Source: Bacteroidales bacterium (GTDB taxonomy: Bacteria > Bacteroidota > Bacteroidia > Bacteroidales > VadinHA17). Taken from it: DNA of 64,000 bases. Both the position numbers and the translations under genes were made by a program. The stretch lies in contig JANTGF010000004.1 of assembly GCA_024763075.1 (NCBI GenBank), forward strand, positions 10,755-74,754, given 5' to 3'. Below, piece after piece: positions 49,911-60,484 of this stretch. The notes beneath the pieces were generated by a model, which was given only the letters and a program-made list of their open reading frames with translations, had not been told where the DNA came from and made no database searches. Each line of letters opens with the position of its first letter. Positions within the stretch are counted from its first letter, which is position 1.

Positions 49911-50680
49911 ACAGAATTACAGAGCTCTTCAATAAGAAAAAGAGAAACGTTCTTTCTTTCTATTTTACAGCAGGTCATCCGGAGCCGGACTCCACTCTTT
50001 CTATCCTCAAATCCCTGGAAAAAAACGGAGCAGATATGGTTGAGATCGGGATGCCGTTTTCCGATCCTCTGGCAGATGGTCCTGTGATTCAGCAAAGCAG
50101 CCAGATAGCTCTGAAAAACGGAATGACAATTAAAAAGTTGTTAGCAGCCCTTGAATCTGTCAGAGAGGAGGTTACTATTCCGCTTTTGTGTATGGGGTAT
50201 TTTAATACAGTGCTGCAGTTCGGAATGGAAAACTTTTGCAAAACAATCAGTCAAATTGGTATTGACGGGGTGATATTGCCAGATTTACCCCTGGAAGTTT
50301 ATTCGGAGAAATATCAGGCCATATTTGAAAGGTACGGCATTATCCCTGTTTTTCTGATTACTCCGGGAACTTCTGATGAACGTATCCGGCAAACTGAAAA
50401 GTATTCCAAAGGGTTTATCTATATGGTATCTTCGGCCTCGGTAACAGGAGCAAAAAAAGGCTTTGGCAATGAGCAACTTGCTTACTTTAAGCGGATAAAG
50501 GAAATGAATCTTTCAGTTCCGGTGATGGCCGGCTTTGGTATATCCGATAAATTTACCTTTAATCAGGTTTCAGATTATGCTGCCGGTGGGATTATAGGCA
50601 GTGCTTTTGTTTCTCACCTTCAAAAAGAAGGTGCTTCTGAAAATAGCATAGGGGAGTTTATAAAAAGGATTGTGAAGTAG
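49907..50680 (+). CDS. trpA: Tryptophan synthase alpha chain
   Basis: EIG.PFSDPLADGPVIQ, MGY.N, PDLP, VTG, GFGIS, GSA; ATGA overlap with trpB. Confidence 0.97.
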   Translation: MNRITELFNKKKRNVLSFYFTAGHPEPDSTLSILKSLEKNGADMVEIGMPFSDPLADGPVIQQSSQIALKNGMTIKKLLAALESVREEVTIPLLCMGYFNTVLQFGMENFCKTISQIGIDGVILPDLPLEVYSEKYQAIFERYGIIPVFLITPGTSDERIRQTEKYSKGFIYMVSSASVTGAKKGFGNEQLAYFKRIKEMNLSVPVMAGFGISDKFTFNQVSDYAAGGIIGSAFVSHLQKEGASENSIGEFIKRIVK

Positions 50681-50743
50681 CTTATGTTATTACTAAAAAC
50701 CCTGTGTTCATCTCTTAAGTAAGCTGGTAATTATATACAGGCA

Positions 50744-50801
50744 CTTCCAACCTTTCAACCCTCCATCTCTCCAATCTTCCAATTTTCCAATTTTCCAATC
50801 T
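50744..50801 (+). repeat. Degenerate 8-bp tandem repeat (YTTCCAAY, about 7 copies)
   Basis: cttccaac ctttcaac cctccatc tctccaat cttccaat tttccaat tttccaat. Confidence 0.75.
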
Positions 50802-50936
50802 ATCCGGAATATATCCATTCAATACGTGAACCGTTAAATTTTGTTAAAAAACAAAAACAGGGTATCATGGGAAAGGCGAATTATATAAATTTGCGCTGCG
50901 ATATAACTATTTTTCTTTAACCAAACGTTTTTAATC

Positions 50937-51866
50937 ATGAATATTCAGGTTGAGAACCTAACAAAAGTTTACGGGCCGCAAAGGGCAGTTGACAGGATCT
51001 CCTTTGAAGTCAAAACCGGGGAGATTCTTGGATTTCTGGGTCCGAATGGTGCAGGTAAAACTACTACCATGAAAATGATTACCAATTATCTTTCACCTAC
51101 TGCCGGTAATATCTTATTTGACGGAAAATCTTTGTTTGAGGATGAGGAGTATGTGAAAAAGCATATTGGTTACCTCCCGGAAAATAATCCGCTTTATCTG
51201 GATATGCCTGTAATTGACTATCTGGAATATTGCGCAAAACTACAGGGCATCCAAAAAGAAAGAGTGGATGAAAGAATTCGGGAAATGGTAAGGGTTTGTG
51301 GCCTGCATTCCGAAAAACATAAGAAAATTGGAGAACTGTCGAAAGGTTTCCGGCAAAGGACCGGGTTGGCCCAGGCGATGATCCATGATCCTGATATTTT
51401 GATACTGGATGAGCCTACTACCGGTCTTGACCCAAATCAGATTGTGGAAATAAGGAAGCTTATCCGTGAATTGGGTCGTGAAAAAACAGTTATTCTCAGT
51501 ACGCATATCCTTCCTGAAGTGGAAGCAACCTGCGACCGTATCCTGATCATTCACAATGGGAAAATTGTGGCCGATGGCACCTCCGATACTTTGCGTAAAC
51601 AGGCAGAGGGTCAGGAGCTCCTTAAGGTAAAGATTGAGGATGGGGATCCCAACATTATCATTCAGTCCCTGCAGGAACTTCCTACTGTAAATATGGTCGA
51701 TTTTAGTGGCAGAGAGTCAAATCGTTTTGAGGTACAGAGTAAGCCCGGGGTAAGTTCTAAAAGAGAGGTCTTCCAAACCTGCGCAAAAAACGGATGGATA
51801 CTTACAGAATCCATTCCTATAGAAACAAAACTTGAAGATATTTTCAGAGATCTTACAATGAATTAA
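50937..51866 (+). CDS. gldA: Gliding-motility ABC transporter ATP-binding protein
   Basis: GPNGAGKTT, GYLPE.NPLY.DM, LSKGFRQR.GLAQA, DEPTTGLDPNQ; upstream of gldF/G; TAAATTTG box at 50886-50893. Confidence 0.88.
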   Translation: MNIQVENLTKVYGPQRAVDRISFEVKTGEILGFLGPNGAGKTTTMKMITNYLSPTAGNILFDGKSLFEDEEYVKKHIGYLPENNPLYLDMPVIDYLEYCAKLQGIQKERVDERIREMVRVCGLHSEKHKKIGELSKGFRQRTGLAQAMIHDPDILILDEPTTGLDPNQIVEIRKLIRELGREKTVILSTHILPEVEATCDRILIIHNGKIVADGTSDTLRKQAEGQELLKVKIEDGDPNIIIQSLQELPTVNMVDFSGRESNRFEVQSKPGVSSKREVFQTCAKNGWILTESIPIETKLEDIFRDLTMN

Positions 51867-51885
51867 CAATTTTATATAGAAACAA

Positions 51886-52611
51886 ATGAAACAAATCTGG
51901 ATTATTTCAAAAAGAGAGTTGGATTCATTTTTTAACTCGTTGATAGCCTATATTATGCTAATCCTGTTCCTGGGCTTCAGTGGATTTTTTACCTGGCTTT
52001 TCGGATCGGATATTTTTATGGTTGGGCAGGCAAGTCTCGGTTCCTTCTTTAGCATCGCTTACTGGACTTTGTTTTTCTTTATCCCTGCTTTAACTATGCG
52101 CTTACTTGCCGAAGAAAAACGGTCAGGAACAATTGAACTTTTACTGACAAAACCGGTAACCGACAGGCAGGTTGTAATAGGTAAATTTCTATCAACCCTC
52201 TTCCTTATTGGTATCGCACTTTTATTTACGCTCCCCTATGTAATTACAGTTGCTAAACTGGGTAACCTGGATATAGGGGCTGTAATTTGCGGTTATTTTG
52301 GTCTTCTTTTAATGAGTGGTGTATATATAAGTATTGGGTTATTTGCCAGTTCTGTTACGCAGAATCAGATTGTAGCTTTTCTGACAGCCCTTTTTATTGG
52401 ATTATTCTTTCACCTGATTTTTAATGTTCTGGCCGGTAGTTTTACTGGTACAATAGGTCAGGTTTTTGATTATTTAAGTATGTCAACCCATTTTCAGAGT
52501 ATTTCAAGGGGAGTTATTGATACCCGTGACCTGATATACTTTGGTACATTAATGGTTTTCGGCCTGTACTTTGCTGAATTATCCCTTTCCAGAAGAAATG
52601 CAAATAATTAA
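51886..52611 (+). CDS. gldF: Gliding-motility ABC transporter permease
   Basis: REL.SFF.S.IAY, PALTMR..AEE.RSGT.ELL.T.P, S.TQNQIVA, RGVID.RD. Confidence 0.88.
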   Translation: MKQIWIISKRELDSFFNSLIAYIMLILFLGFSGFFTWLFGSDIFMVGQASLGSFFSIAYWTLFFFIPALTMRLLAEEKRSGTIELLLTKPVTDRQVVIGKFLSTLFLIGIALLFTLPYVITVAKLGNLDIGAVICGYFGLLLMSGVYISIGLFASSVTQNQIVAFLTALFIGLFFHLIFNVLAGSFTGTIGQVFDYLSMSTHFQSISRGVIDTRDLIYFGTLMVFGLYFAELSLSRRNANN

Positions 52612-52623
52612 CAGATAAGAAAA

Positions 52624-54129
52624 ATGAAAGCGAAAAGTTTTTATACGACTGCAATATTGATCACGGCAATTCTGATCATTCTAAACCTTGTATCTGATCA
52701 ATTTTTTGTGAGGCTTGATTTCACTGAAGATAAGCAATATACGCTTAGCAAGGCAACGAAGGATATCCTTAAAGAGCTGGAAGAACCTGTTACTATAAAG
52801 GCTTATTTTTCAAAGGATCTTCCACCATCTATTGTTAAAACACGGAAAGACTTTTTGGACATGCTGGTTGAATATGCAAGCATTTCAAAAGGAATGCTGG
52901 TTTATGAGTTTAATGATCCAGGAAAAGATCCTGAGACTGAACAAAAAGTTATGCAGGAAGGAATACAGCCGGTGATGATCAATGTGAGAGAAAAGGATCA
53001 GATGAAACAGCAGAAGGCATATCTGGGTGCTATTGTATCAATGGGAGAGAAAAAGGAAGTCCTTCCTTTTATCCAGCCGGGAGCTGCAATGGAATACGAT
53101 CTTTCTACTGCAATAAAGAAACTTTCTGTTAAGGATAAACCCGTGGTTGGTTTATTGCAGGGGCACGGTGAACCCGGATTGCGTGATCTTCAGCAGGTAT
53201 ATCAGGGATTAAGTGTACTATATAATTTCGAACCGGTAACTCTGACCGATTCCACAACCATCCCTGATAATATGAAAACCATAGCTATTATACGTCCTGC
53301 AGATAGTATCCCTGTTGATCAACTGAAACAGCTGGATGACTTTCTTGCATCGGGAAGAGGGATTTTTGTTGCCTTGAACAGGGTGAAAGGTGACTTGCAA
53401 AATGCCTACGGGACTACCCTGAACACAGGGCTGGAAACCTGGCTTGCAAATAAGGGAATACAGGTTGAACCTGATTTTGTGGTTGATGCCCAGTGTGGTT
53501 CAGTAACTGTTCAGCAGCAACAGGGGATGTTCCGGTTCTCTTCAAATGTAAATTTCCCCTATCTGCCGATAATTCATTCATTTGCAAAACATCCGGTAAG
53601 CGAAGGTCTGGAATCGGTAATTCTACAGTTTGCCAGTTCAATAAGTTATACAGGAGATACCTCAAAAACATATACTCCTGTTGCATTCACATCTGATAAA
53701 TCCGGAAGTCTTCGGGCTCCGCAGTATTTTAATATTCAGAAGAAATGGGGGAATGCTGATTTTCCAAAAAAGAGCATTCCTGTAGCAGCTGTGTTGCAGG
53801 GTAAACTTGTAGGAAATCAAATCTCAAAGATGGTGATTGTTTCAGACGGAGATTTTCCGATTGGGCCTCAGGGTCAGCAGATTAATCCGGATAATGCAAA
53901 TTTAATGGTCAATGGAATTGATTTTCTTTCGGATGATACCGGACTAATAAGCCTGCGTACCCGCGCGGTAACTTCACGGCCTATAAAAGATTTGGAAGAT
54001 GGCACAAAAACTTTATTGAAATATCTGAACTTCCTGCTTCCTATTCTTCTGGTTATTTTTTACGGATTGTTCAGGTTCCAGAAAAGTCGTAATACAAGAG
54101 CAAAACGCCTCGAAGAAAACTATTTTTAA
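52624..54129 (+). CDS. gldG: Gliding-motility ABC transporter auxiliary component
   Basis: RLD.TEDK.YTLS..TK, EY.L..AI, GHGE, D.DF, C-terminal TM. Confidence 0.88.
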   Translation: MKAKSFYTTAILITAILIILNLVSDQFFVRLDFTEDKQYTLSKATKDILKELEEPVTIKAYFSKDLPPSIVKTRKDFLDMLVEYASISKGMLVYEFNDPGKDPETEQKVMQEGIQPVMINVREKDQMKQQKAYLGAIVSMGEKKEVLPFIQPGAAMEYDLSTAIKKLSVKDKPVVGLLQGHGEPGLRDLQQVYQGLSVLYNFEPVTLTDSTTIPDNMKTIAIIRPADSIPVDQLKQLDDFLASGRGIFVALNRVKGDLQNAYGTTLNTGLETWLANKGIQVEPDFVVDAQCGSVTVQQQQGMFRFSSNVNFPYLPIIHSFAKHPVSEGLESVILQFASSISYTGDTSKTYTPVAFTSDKSGSLRAPQYFNIQKKWGNADFPKKSIPVAAVLQGKLVGNQISKMVIVSDGDFPIGPQGQQINPDNANLMVNGIDFLSDDTGLISLRTRAVTSRPIKDLEDGTKTLLKYLNFLLPILLVIFYGLFRFQKSRNTRAKRLEENYF

Positions 54130-54147
54130 CCTTTTATTTGTAATACA

Positions 54148-55110
54148 ATGGCTGGAAAAAATAATAATAAAACGCTTGTAATTGTTTTCGCTTTTTTGTT
54201 GGCTGTTTTTCTTTTTGGAAAATATTTCAGACAAGGAAAGAGAGAAAATACTTTGAAAAAGAATGCAATCGAACTGGACACATCCCTGGTGACAAAAATT
54301 GATTTGTATCCGGTAGCTGAAAAGGGCAATGTTTTGAACTTCTATAAGAAAGGAGAAGTGTGGAGAGTAAAGAAGGGGGATGTGGATGCACCGGTTGAAA
54401 AAGAACGCGTCTTGAGTTTACTGACTGAAGCAGTCCGCATAAAACCGGGTCAACTGGTTGCAAAGAGTAAAGGTAAATGGACAGAATACCATGTGGATGA
54501 TTCCCTGGGCACCCGTGTTCAGTTTTTATCCGATAAAAAAAAGCTGATGGATTTATACATTGGTAAATTTACCTATAAGCAAACGCAGAGTCCTTACGGA
54601 GGGTCTCAGGGAGGCAATATCGTGGGAACTTCTTACTACAGAAAAGCGAAGGAAAAGGAAGTTTATGCTACGGATGGTTTCCTGAGTTTTACTTTTAATC
54701 AGGATTTCAATTCATGGAGGGATCAGCGACTTTTACAATTAAATAAGAAGGATATCACCCGCCTGAACTTTGATTATTTTGCTGACAGTAGTTTTACAGT
54801 GCAGAAAGCCGATAGTATATGGTTGATAGGTTCTCAACAGGCAGATTCCTTGAAAATGGATAATTATCTGGGAAAACTTGGAAATCAACGAAAATCTGAT
54901 TTTATAGATGATTTTCGTCCGGAAAATCAACCTGCCTGCCAGCTTACCATTGAGGGTAATAATATGAATACAATAGTGTTGAAAGCGTATAAAGATAAGG
55001 GTGAATGGATCTTTAATTCCAGCCTGAACCCGGAGTCTTATTTTGTAGATAAAGATAGGAGTCTGGCTTCGGAATTATTGATTACTAAGGAAGATCTGTT
55101 CAATAATTAG
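54148..55110 (+). CDS. DUF4340-like protein
   Basis: N-terminal TM; typical position after gldG; L.IGK, Y.R....VY, WRD..L motifs. Confidence 0.8.
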   Translation: MAGKNNNKTLVIVFAFLLAVFLFGKYFRQGKRENTLKKNAIELDTSLVTKIDLYPVAEKGNVLNFYKKGEVWRVKKGDVDAPVEKERVLSLLTEAVRIKPGQLVAKSKGKWTEYHVDDSLGTRVQFLSDKKKLMDLYIGKFTYKQTQSPYGGSQGGNIVGTSYYRKAKEKEVYATDGFLSFTFNQDFNSWRDQRLLQLNKKDITRLNFDYFADSSFTVQKADSIWLIGSQQADSLKMDNYLGKLGNQRKSDFIDDFRPENQPACQLTIEGNNMNTIVLKAYKDKGEWIFNSSLNPESYFVDKDRSLASELLITKEDLFNN

Positions 55111-55290
55111 TGTGTGTCCATAAAGTCGAGTGTTTGAACTTTAAAGTTTGAGATCAAGCCTCGCCTTCCTTAATATAAAGTACGGCGGACAAGGCCCTGA
55201 GAGAATTTTAAACCACAGTCCTGAAAATCGGGATGAGGATTTGAAATTTGAACAACAACGCAGATATCGGACTTTAAAGACAAACACTAA
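55107..55290. mobile_element. MITE-like element (184 bp), same family as 10831-10959, with nested palindromes
   Basis: TIRs TTAGTGTGTGTCCATAAAGTC / GACTTTAAAGACAAACACTAA (18 of 21 match); TAATTAG at both junctions. Confidence 0.75.
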
Positions 55291-55444
55291 TTAGAGTTTT
55301 GGATTGCTGATTAATAGTGTTTTGCAGTGTTTTGCATTTCGGTTTGGGAATGCTTATTTGTATTTTTTCTAAATAAGTGTTAATTAATTAGGAATAATTT
55401 TTAATTTTGCAAAAATGAAATTAATAAATTAAAATTTAATTAAA

Positions 55445-55900
55445 ATGAAGAAAATCACTATTGTTTTTGCGTTTTTAATGATGTCTGCTTTAATTTTTGC
55501 ACAGGGGGAAGCCCCTCTTGCCAAAGGCGAGAAGCAGATGAATTTTGGTATTGGATTTGGGTCAGGAATTCCTCTCTACTGGGGGATGGATTGGGCTGTA
55601 CACCCTGATGTAACTGTAGGTGGTGTGGCTGCGGTTAATTTACAAGATTTTGACTGGATTAGTCTGAATGCGAAAGGTGACTATCACTGGAACCGATTGA
55701 TTGGAATTCCAAGCAACTGGGATTTTTATGCAGGCGCCGGACTTGGTTTTCAAATTGGATTTAATGGTGGCTCAACCGGCTTCGATTTTGATATTCATGT
55801 TGGTGGCCGCTGGTACTGGAGTGAGAAATGGGGCCTTAACCTCGAAATTGGCGGAGGAAATGGTTTTGGTACAACTTTAGGCCTGACGATGAAGATGTAA
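55445..55900 (+). CDS. Small outer-membrane beta-barrel protein
   Basis: Signal peptide, alternating Gly/aromatic strands, D.YAG.GLG, VGGR.Y; TAATTTTG box at 55402-55409. Confidence 0.85.
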   Translation: MKKITIVFAFLMMSALIFAQGEAPLAKGEKQMNFGIGFGSGIPLYWGMDWAVHPDVTVGGVAAVNLQDFDWISLNAKGDYHWNRLIGIPSNWDFYAGAGLGFQIGFNGGSTGFDFDIHVGGRWYWSEKWGLNLEIGGGNGFGTTLGLTMKM

Positions 55901-55922
55901 ATATTATATAGAACCATAAAGC

Positions 55923-55955
55923 AAAGCCATTTGTCAATTGACAAATGGCTTTTTC
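55923..55955 (+). terminator. Intrinsic terminator
   Basis: AAAGCCATTTGTC-aatt-GACAAATGGCTTTTT. Confidence 0.85.
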
Positions 55956-56198
55956 TATTTTAGGGATGAAAGCTTTCTGCCTTAATCTCAGTTGTGTGAC
56001 CATTTTCAGAATAAACTCAAATTTTATTTTAGAAACAAGTGAAGTCCTTATTGAATATAGCCCCAATCTTTCAAATTTAGTGATTATTAGGAGATTTATT
56101 TATTTGGTGAAATTACTTGATAAATAACTGTTGTATTCATACATTTGTGGGACAGTGAGAATTATTTGGGACACATTAGTTCTGTAAAAAATGAATCG

Positions 56199-57656
56199 AT
56201 GAGACACACAATGTTAAATTCAGTTTTCGCATTTCTTTTTATCCTGGTAAATATGATATTTACAGGATGTGTACAACAATCGGGAAAACCGGAAAAACCA
56301 AACATCATTTTTATATTTGCGGATGATCAGTGTTATCAAACCATACATGCGCTGGGTAATGATGAAATTATAACACCCACGCTGGATAAGATGGTGAAAG
56401 AAGGCGTAACATTTACACATGCTTATAACATGGGTGCCTGGAACGGAGCTGTGTGTGTTGCCAGCAGAGCTATGCTAAACTCAGGCCGGTTTGTGTGGCG
56501 GGCACTTAAAATGGAAAAAGATTTTAAGCAACGTGCAGAAGATGGGAAAATGTGGGGTAACCTGATGCAAAAGGCTGGCTATAGCACATATATGACTGGG
56601 AAATGGCATGTAAAAGTAGATCCTGCTCAATGTTTTAATTATGTAGTCCATCAACGTCCCGGGATGCCAAATCAGACGCCGGAAGGTTATGATCGTCCAA
56701 AAAATGAGAATGATACGGTTTGGGAACCATGGCATAAAAAATACGGAGGTTTCTGGAAGGGTGGGAAACACTGGAGTGAAGTACTTAAGGATGATGCCCT
56801 GGCTTTTATTGATTCTGCCTCGAAAAAGGATGATCCGTTTTTTATGTATCTGGCATTTAATGCTTCGCACGACCCCCGGCAATCACCTAAAGAGTACGTG
56901 GATATGTATCCCCTGGAAAATATCTCCGTTCCTAAAACTTTTATGCCCGAATATCCTTATCAGGATCAGATAGGGTGCGGTAAAAATCTGAGGGATGAAC
57001 GGCTGGCTCCGTTCCCCAGAACAGAATATGCCGTCAGAGTGAATCGTCAGGAATACTATGCCATAATTACACACATGGATGAGCAGATTCGTCAGATTTT
57101 GGAAGCGATAGAAAAGAGTGGGAAAGCAGATAATACCTATATCTTTTATACTGCCGATCATGGTCTTGCCGTTGGAAATCATGGATTAATGGGGAAGCAA
57201 AACATGTATGATCATAGTATACGGCCGCCAATGATTGTGATTGGACCGGATATTCCCAAAAACAAAAAGGTAGATGCCGATGTGTATTTGCAGGATATTA
57301 TGGCAACAGCGCTGGAGCTTGCCGGTATAGAAAAACCAGAATATGTGGAATTCAATAGCTTGCTGGATCTTGCAAAAGGCACACAAACCAAAAGTTATTA
57401 TGATGCCATTTATGGATGTTATACCAGGAAGCAGCGTATGATCCGAAAAAATGGCTTTAAGTTAATTGCTTATCCTGATGCCGGTAAAGTATTACTTTTT
57501 GATATGAATAAGGATCCGCTCGAAATGAATGACCTTTCAGAGTCTCAAGAATATTCAGCAAAGAAAAAGCAACTTTTTGATGACCTGCTTAAGTTGCAGG
57601 CAGACATGGACGATGAACTTGATTTAAAACCACTATACAACACTGTTCTTCAGTAG
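56199..57656 (+). CDS. Sulfatase (S1; choline-sulfatase-like) lipoprotein
   Basis: Lipobox FTGC; PNIIFIFADDQ; CVASR; GKWH; ADHG..GKQNMY; start moved downstream because a TACATTTG box lies at 56140-56147. Confidence 0.92.
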   Translation: MRHTMLNSVFAFLFILVNMIFTGCVQQSGKPEKPNIIFIFADDQCYQTIHALGNDEIITPTLDKMVKEGVTFTHAYNMGAWNGAVCVASRAMLNSGRFVWRALKMEKDFKQRAEDGKMWGNLMQKAGYSTYMTGKWHVKVDPAQCFNYVVHQRPGMPNQTPEGYDRPKNENDTVWEPWHKKYGGFWKGGKHWSEVLKDDALAFIDSASKKDDPFFMYLAFNASHDPRQSPKEYVDMYPLENISVPKTFMPEYPYQDQIGCGKNLRDERLAPFPRTEYAVRVNRQEYYAIITHMDEQIRQILEAIEKSGKADNTYIFYTADHGLAVGNHGLMGKQNMYDHSIRPPMIVIGPDIPKNKKVDADVYLQDIMATALELAGIEKPEYVEFNSLLDLAKGTQTKSYYDAIYGCYTRKQRMIRKNGFKLIAYPDAGKVLLFDMNKDPLEMNDLSESQEYSAKKKQLFDDLLKLQADMDDELDLKPLYNTVLQ

Positions 57657-57663
57657 GAAAAGG

Positions 57664-59124
57664 ATGAAAAGCAGATTCAGTAGCAATAAAATTAAATCCA
57701 CAGGCATTTTAGCATTAGCTTTTATTCTACTTATTATATGCTTTTCCTGCAATTCTTCATTAAGGAAGAATAAGAATACAGACAAACCAAACATCATACT
57801 TATTATGGCCGATGATATGGGCTGGGGTGATCCTGCTTATAACGGTAATCCATTAAGCAAAACTCCTGTCCTGGATAAAATGGCTTCGGAGGGAATTGTG
57901 TTTAACCGTTTTTATGCTTCATCCCCTGTCTGCTCCCCAACACGTGGAAGTTGTATTACCGGAAGACACCCATATCGTTATGGAATTTTTTATGCCAATG
58001 TAGGTCATATGATGGATCGGGAAGTTACCCTGGCGGAGGCTTTGAAAACCAAAGGATATGTTACCGGGCATTTTGGAAAATGGCATCTGGGTACATTAAC
58101 GAAAACTATAAAAGATGCGAACAGGGGAGGAAGACCTAAAGATACAGTGAACTATTCTCCCCCCTGGGAAAATGGTTTTGATGCCTGTTTCTCGACCGAA
58201 TCAAAAGTGCCCACATGGAATCCAATGATAACTCCACCAAGAAGTGCTCAGGATGTGGGTCAACGTGTGGAAGGGGAAGCTTTTGGAACATTTTACTGGA
58301 CCGGCCCGGGACAAATAGCAAGTGAAAATCTTGAAGGTGACGATTCACACGTTATAATGGACAGGGTAATCCCTTTCATTGGGGCAGCAGTAGAAAGTAA
58401 AAAGCCTTTTTTTACGGTCATTTGGTTTCATACGCCTCATTTGCCGGTTATTACAGGTGAAAAGTATAAACAACTGTTTAGTGAGTATTCCGAAGATGTT
58501 CAGCATTATTACGGTGCGATCTATGCAATGGATGAACAAATAGGAAGGTTGCAATCTTTTTTGAAAGAAAAGAAAGTGAAGGATAATACCATTATTTTCT
58601 TTACCAGTGATAATGGTCCGGAGGGCAAGAAAAGAAAAGGGAGAACACAGGGTACTGCTGGAAAATTCAGGGGCAGAAAACGTTCTCTTTATGAAGGAGG
58701 TGTGAGGGTACCGGGGCTGATGTCATGGCCGGCGGTTATTAAAGAACACAGAACAACGGATATCCCGTTCAGTACGCTGGATTATTTTCCAACGATTATG
58801 GATATTGTTGGCTTTTCCGTACCATCACAACCGGAGCCTTTGGATGGGATAAGCATGATGCCGTTTATTGAACATAAAATGGAAGAGCGTCCGGCTCCTA
58901 TTGGTTTTGAATCCCGTAATCAGCAGGCATTCATGAATAATAACTACAAGATATACAGCAGTGATAACGGAGCGCATTTCGAGCTTTATGATATAGTTAA
59001 TGATCCGGGAGAAACAAAAGATATCTCTACAGAGTTTCCGGAAATTGTTAAGGAATTATCGGAACAATTGACCCGTTGGAGAGAATCCTGTAAAAATAGT
59101 TTCCAGGGGGTGAATGAAAAATAG
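57664..59124 (+). CDS. Arylsulfatase A-like sulfatase (S1) lipoprotein
   Basis: Lipobox CFSC; PNIILIMADDMGWGD; CSPTR; GKWHLG; SDNG; G.KRSLYEGGVRVP. Confidence 0.94.
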   Translation: MKSRFSSNKIKSTGILALAFILLIICFSCNSSLRKNKNTDKPNIILIMADDMGWGDPAYNGNPLSKTPVLDKMASEGIVFNRFYASSPVCSPTRGSCITGRHPYRYGIFYANVGHMMDREVTLAEALKTKGYVTGHFGKWHLGTLTKTIKDANRGGRPKDTVNYSPPWENGFDACFSTESKVPTWNPMITPPRSAQDVGQRVEGEAFGTFYWTGPGQIASENLEGDDSHVIMDRVIPFIGAAVESKKPFFTVIWFHTPHLPVITGEKYKQLFSEYSEDVQHYYGAIYAMDEQIGRLQSFLKEKKVKDNTIIFFTSDNGPEGKKRKGRTQGTAGKFRGRKRSLYEGGVRVPGLMSWPAVIKEHRTTDIPFSTLDYFPTIMDIVGFSVPSQPEPLDGISMMPFIEHKMEERPAPIGFESRNQQAFMNNNYKIYSSDNGAHFELYDIVNDPGETKDISTEFPEIVKELSEQLTRWRESCKNSFQGVNEK

Positions 59125-59187
59125 TTAGTGCTTCTAAGAAAACTATCTATTTTTAAGTTAGAGTTTTCACTATAAAATTGTAACAAT

Positions 59188-60330
59188 ATGGACAGAAGAT
59201 TTTTTTTGCAATCTTCCGCTCTTGCAGCATCCTCTTTTCTTATTCCATCTTTTTTGGACTCATGCAGGGCAAACAATGTTCCTTCGTATCTGAGAGGATA
59301 TGATGCTGAATTTAAGGAAAATCCAAGACTGGCAGCCTTACATTGGTTCAGGGATGCAAAATTCGGATTGTTTATGCATTATGGACTCTATTCCCTTTTA
59401 GGCAGGGGTGAATGGGTGCAATTCAGGGAGAAAATTCATGTGGCGGAATATGAAAAATTAATGAAAAAGTTTACAGCAGAACATTTTGATGCAAATTTCA
59501 TAACAAATCTGGCCGTTCGAGCAGAAATGAAATATGTAAATATCACCACCCGGCATCATGATAGTTTTTGCCTTTTTGATACAAAAGCAACGGATTTTAA
59601 CAGTGTAAAATCGGCTGCAAAAAGAGATCTGGTGGGAGAGCTTGCTAATGAATGTGCAAAAAAAGGACTGGGACTTTGTTTTTATTATTCTCATGGACGT
59701 GACTGGCGTTATCCCGATGCTCCCAATAACGATGTTTGGGGAGGGAGTGCACGGCCAAAATACGATGAACCAGAACCTTACTACAATTATGGAGAAGCAC
59801 ATGATCTGAATAGATACATTGATTTTATGCATGAGCAGCTTACAGAATTATTAACCAATTATGGACCGGTAGCCAGTATCTGGTTAGACGGATATTCTAC
59901 CCCAATGAATGGACCTACGGAAAAATTCAGAATTCCGGAAACCTATGATCTTATTTGGAAATTACAAGCTCAGACGCTTATTTCATCAAAATGGGGATAT
60001 ATTGGTACAGAAGACTATTTTGCACCTGAGTACCACTGGCTGGAAAGGAATCCAGGGAAAACAGAAGAAATGATGAAAACAGGTAAACCTGTGGAATTAT
60101 GTACGGCAATTGCCGGCTGGGGATACAATAAAAAGAAGGATGGAAAACACAGAGGTGCTGATTCAGTATGGGAAAATATTGAGTATGCAGCAAAATATCA
60201 TGCTAATTTATTACTCAATATAGCTCCCCGGTCTGATGGGAGTATTGATCCTCAGGACATTAAAACATTAAAAGAGATTGGACAAAGGATCAGAAGTGAC
60301 GGCTGGCCGGATACCAAAACTTCCTTTTAA
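59188..60330 (+). CDS. Alpha-L-fucosidase (GH29) with Tat signal
   Basis: MDRRFFLQ; WF.DAKFGLFMHYGLYS; T.HHD.F.L; YYS..DW; ELLTNYG..IWLDG; NLLLNI.P..DG. Confidence 0.93.
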   Translation: MDRRFFLQSSALAASSFLIPSFLDSCRANNVPSYLRGYDAEFKENPRLAALHWFRDAKFGLFMHYGLYSLLGRGEWVQFREKIHVAEYEKLMKKFTAEHFDANFITNLAVRAEMKYVNITTRHHDSFCLFDTKATDFNSVKSAAKRDLVGELANECAKKGLGLCFYYSHGRDWRYPDAPNNDVWGGSARPKYDEPEPYYNYGEAHDLNRYIDFMHEQLTELLTNYGPVASIWLDGYSTPMNGPTEKFRIPETYDLIWKLQAQTLISSKWGYIGTEDYFAPEYHWLERNPGKTEEMMKTGKPVELCTAIAGWGYNKKKDGKHRGADSVWENIEYAAKYHANLLLNIAPRSDGSIDPQDIKTLKEIGQRIRSDGWPDTKTSF

Positions 60331-60484
60331 CCAGAATTCTGAGATAATTGATAGAATCAGAGGCTTTAAAAAGAAATTTTTATTATTTGCAATCGAACAG
60401 GTTTATAATGTCGATCATTTATTAAATATTAATGTTTCGCAGGTAATGCAGTTTGGCATAATACATTGATATCAAGGCTGTTGG

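Noticed and set aside
55945-56198. 60-aa ORF and the 5' extension of the sulfatase to 56145
   Set aside because: They overlap a terminator and a TAnnTTTG promoter box respectively
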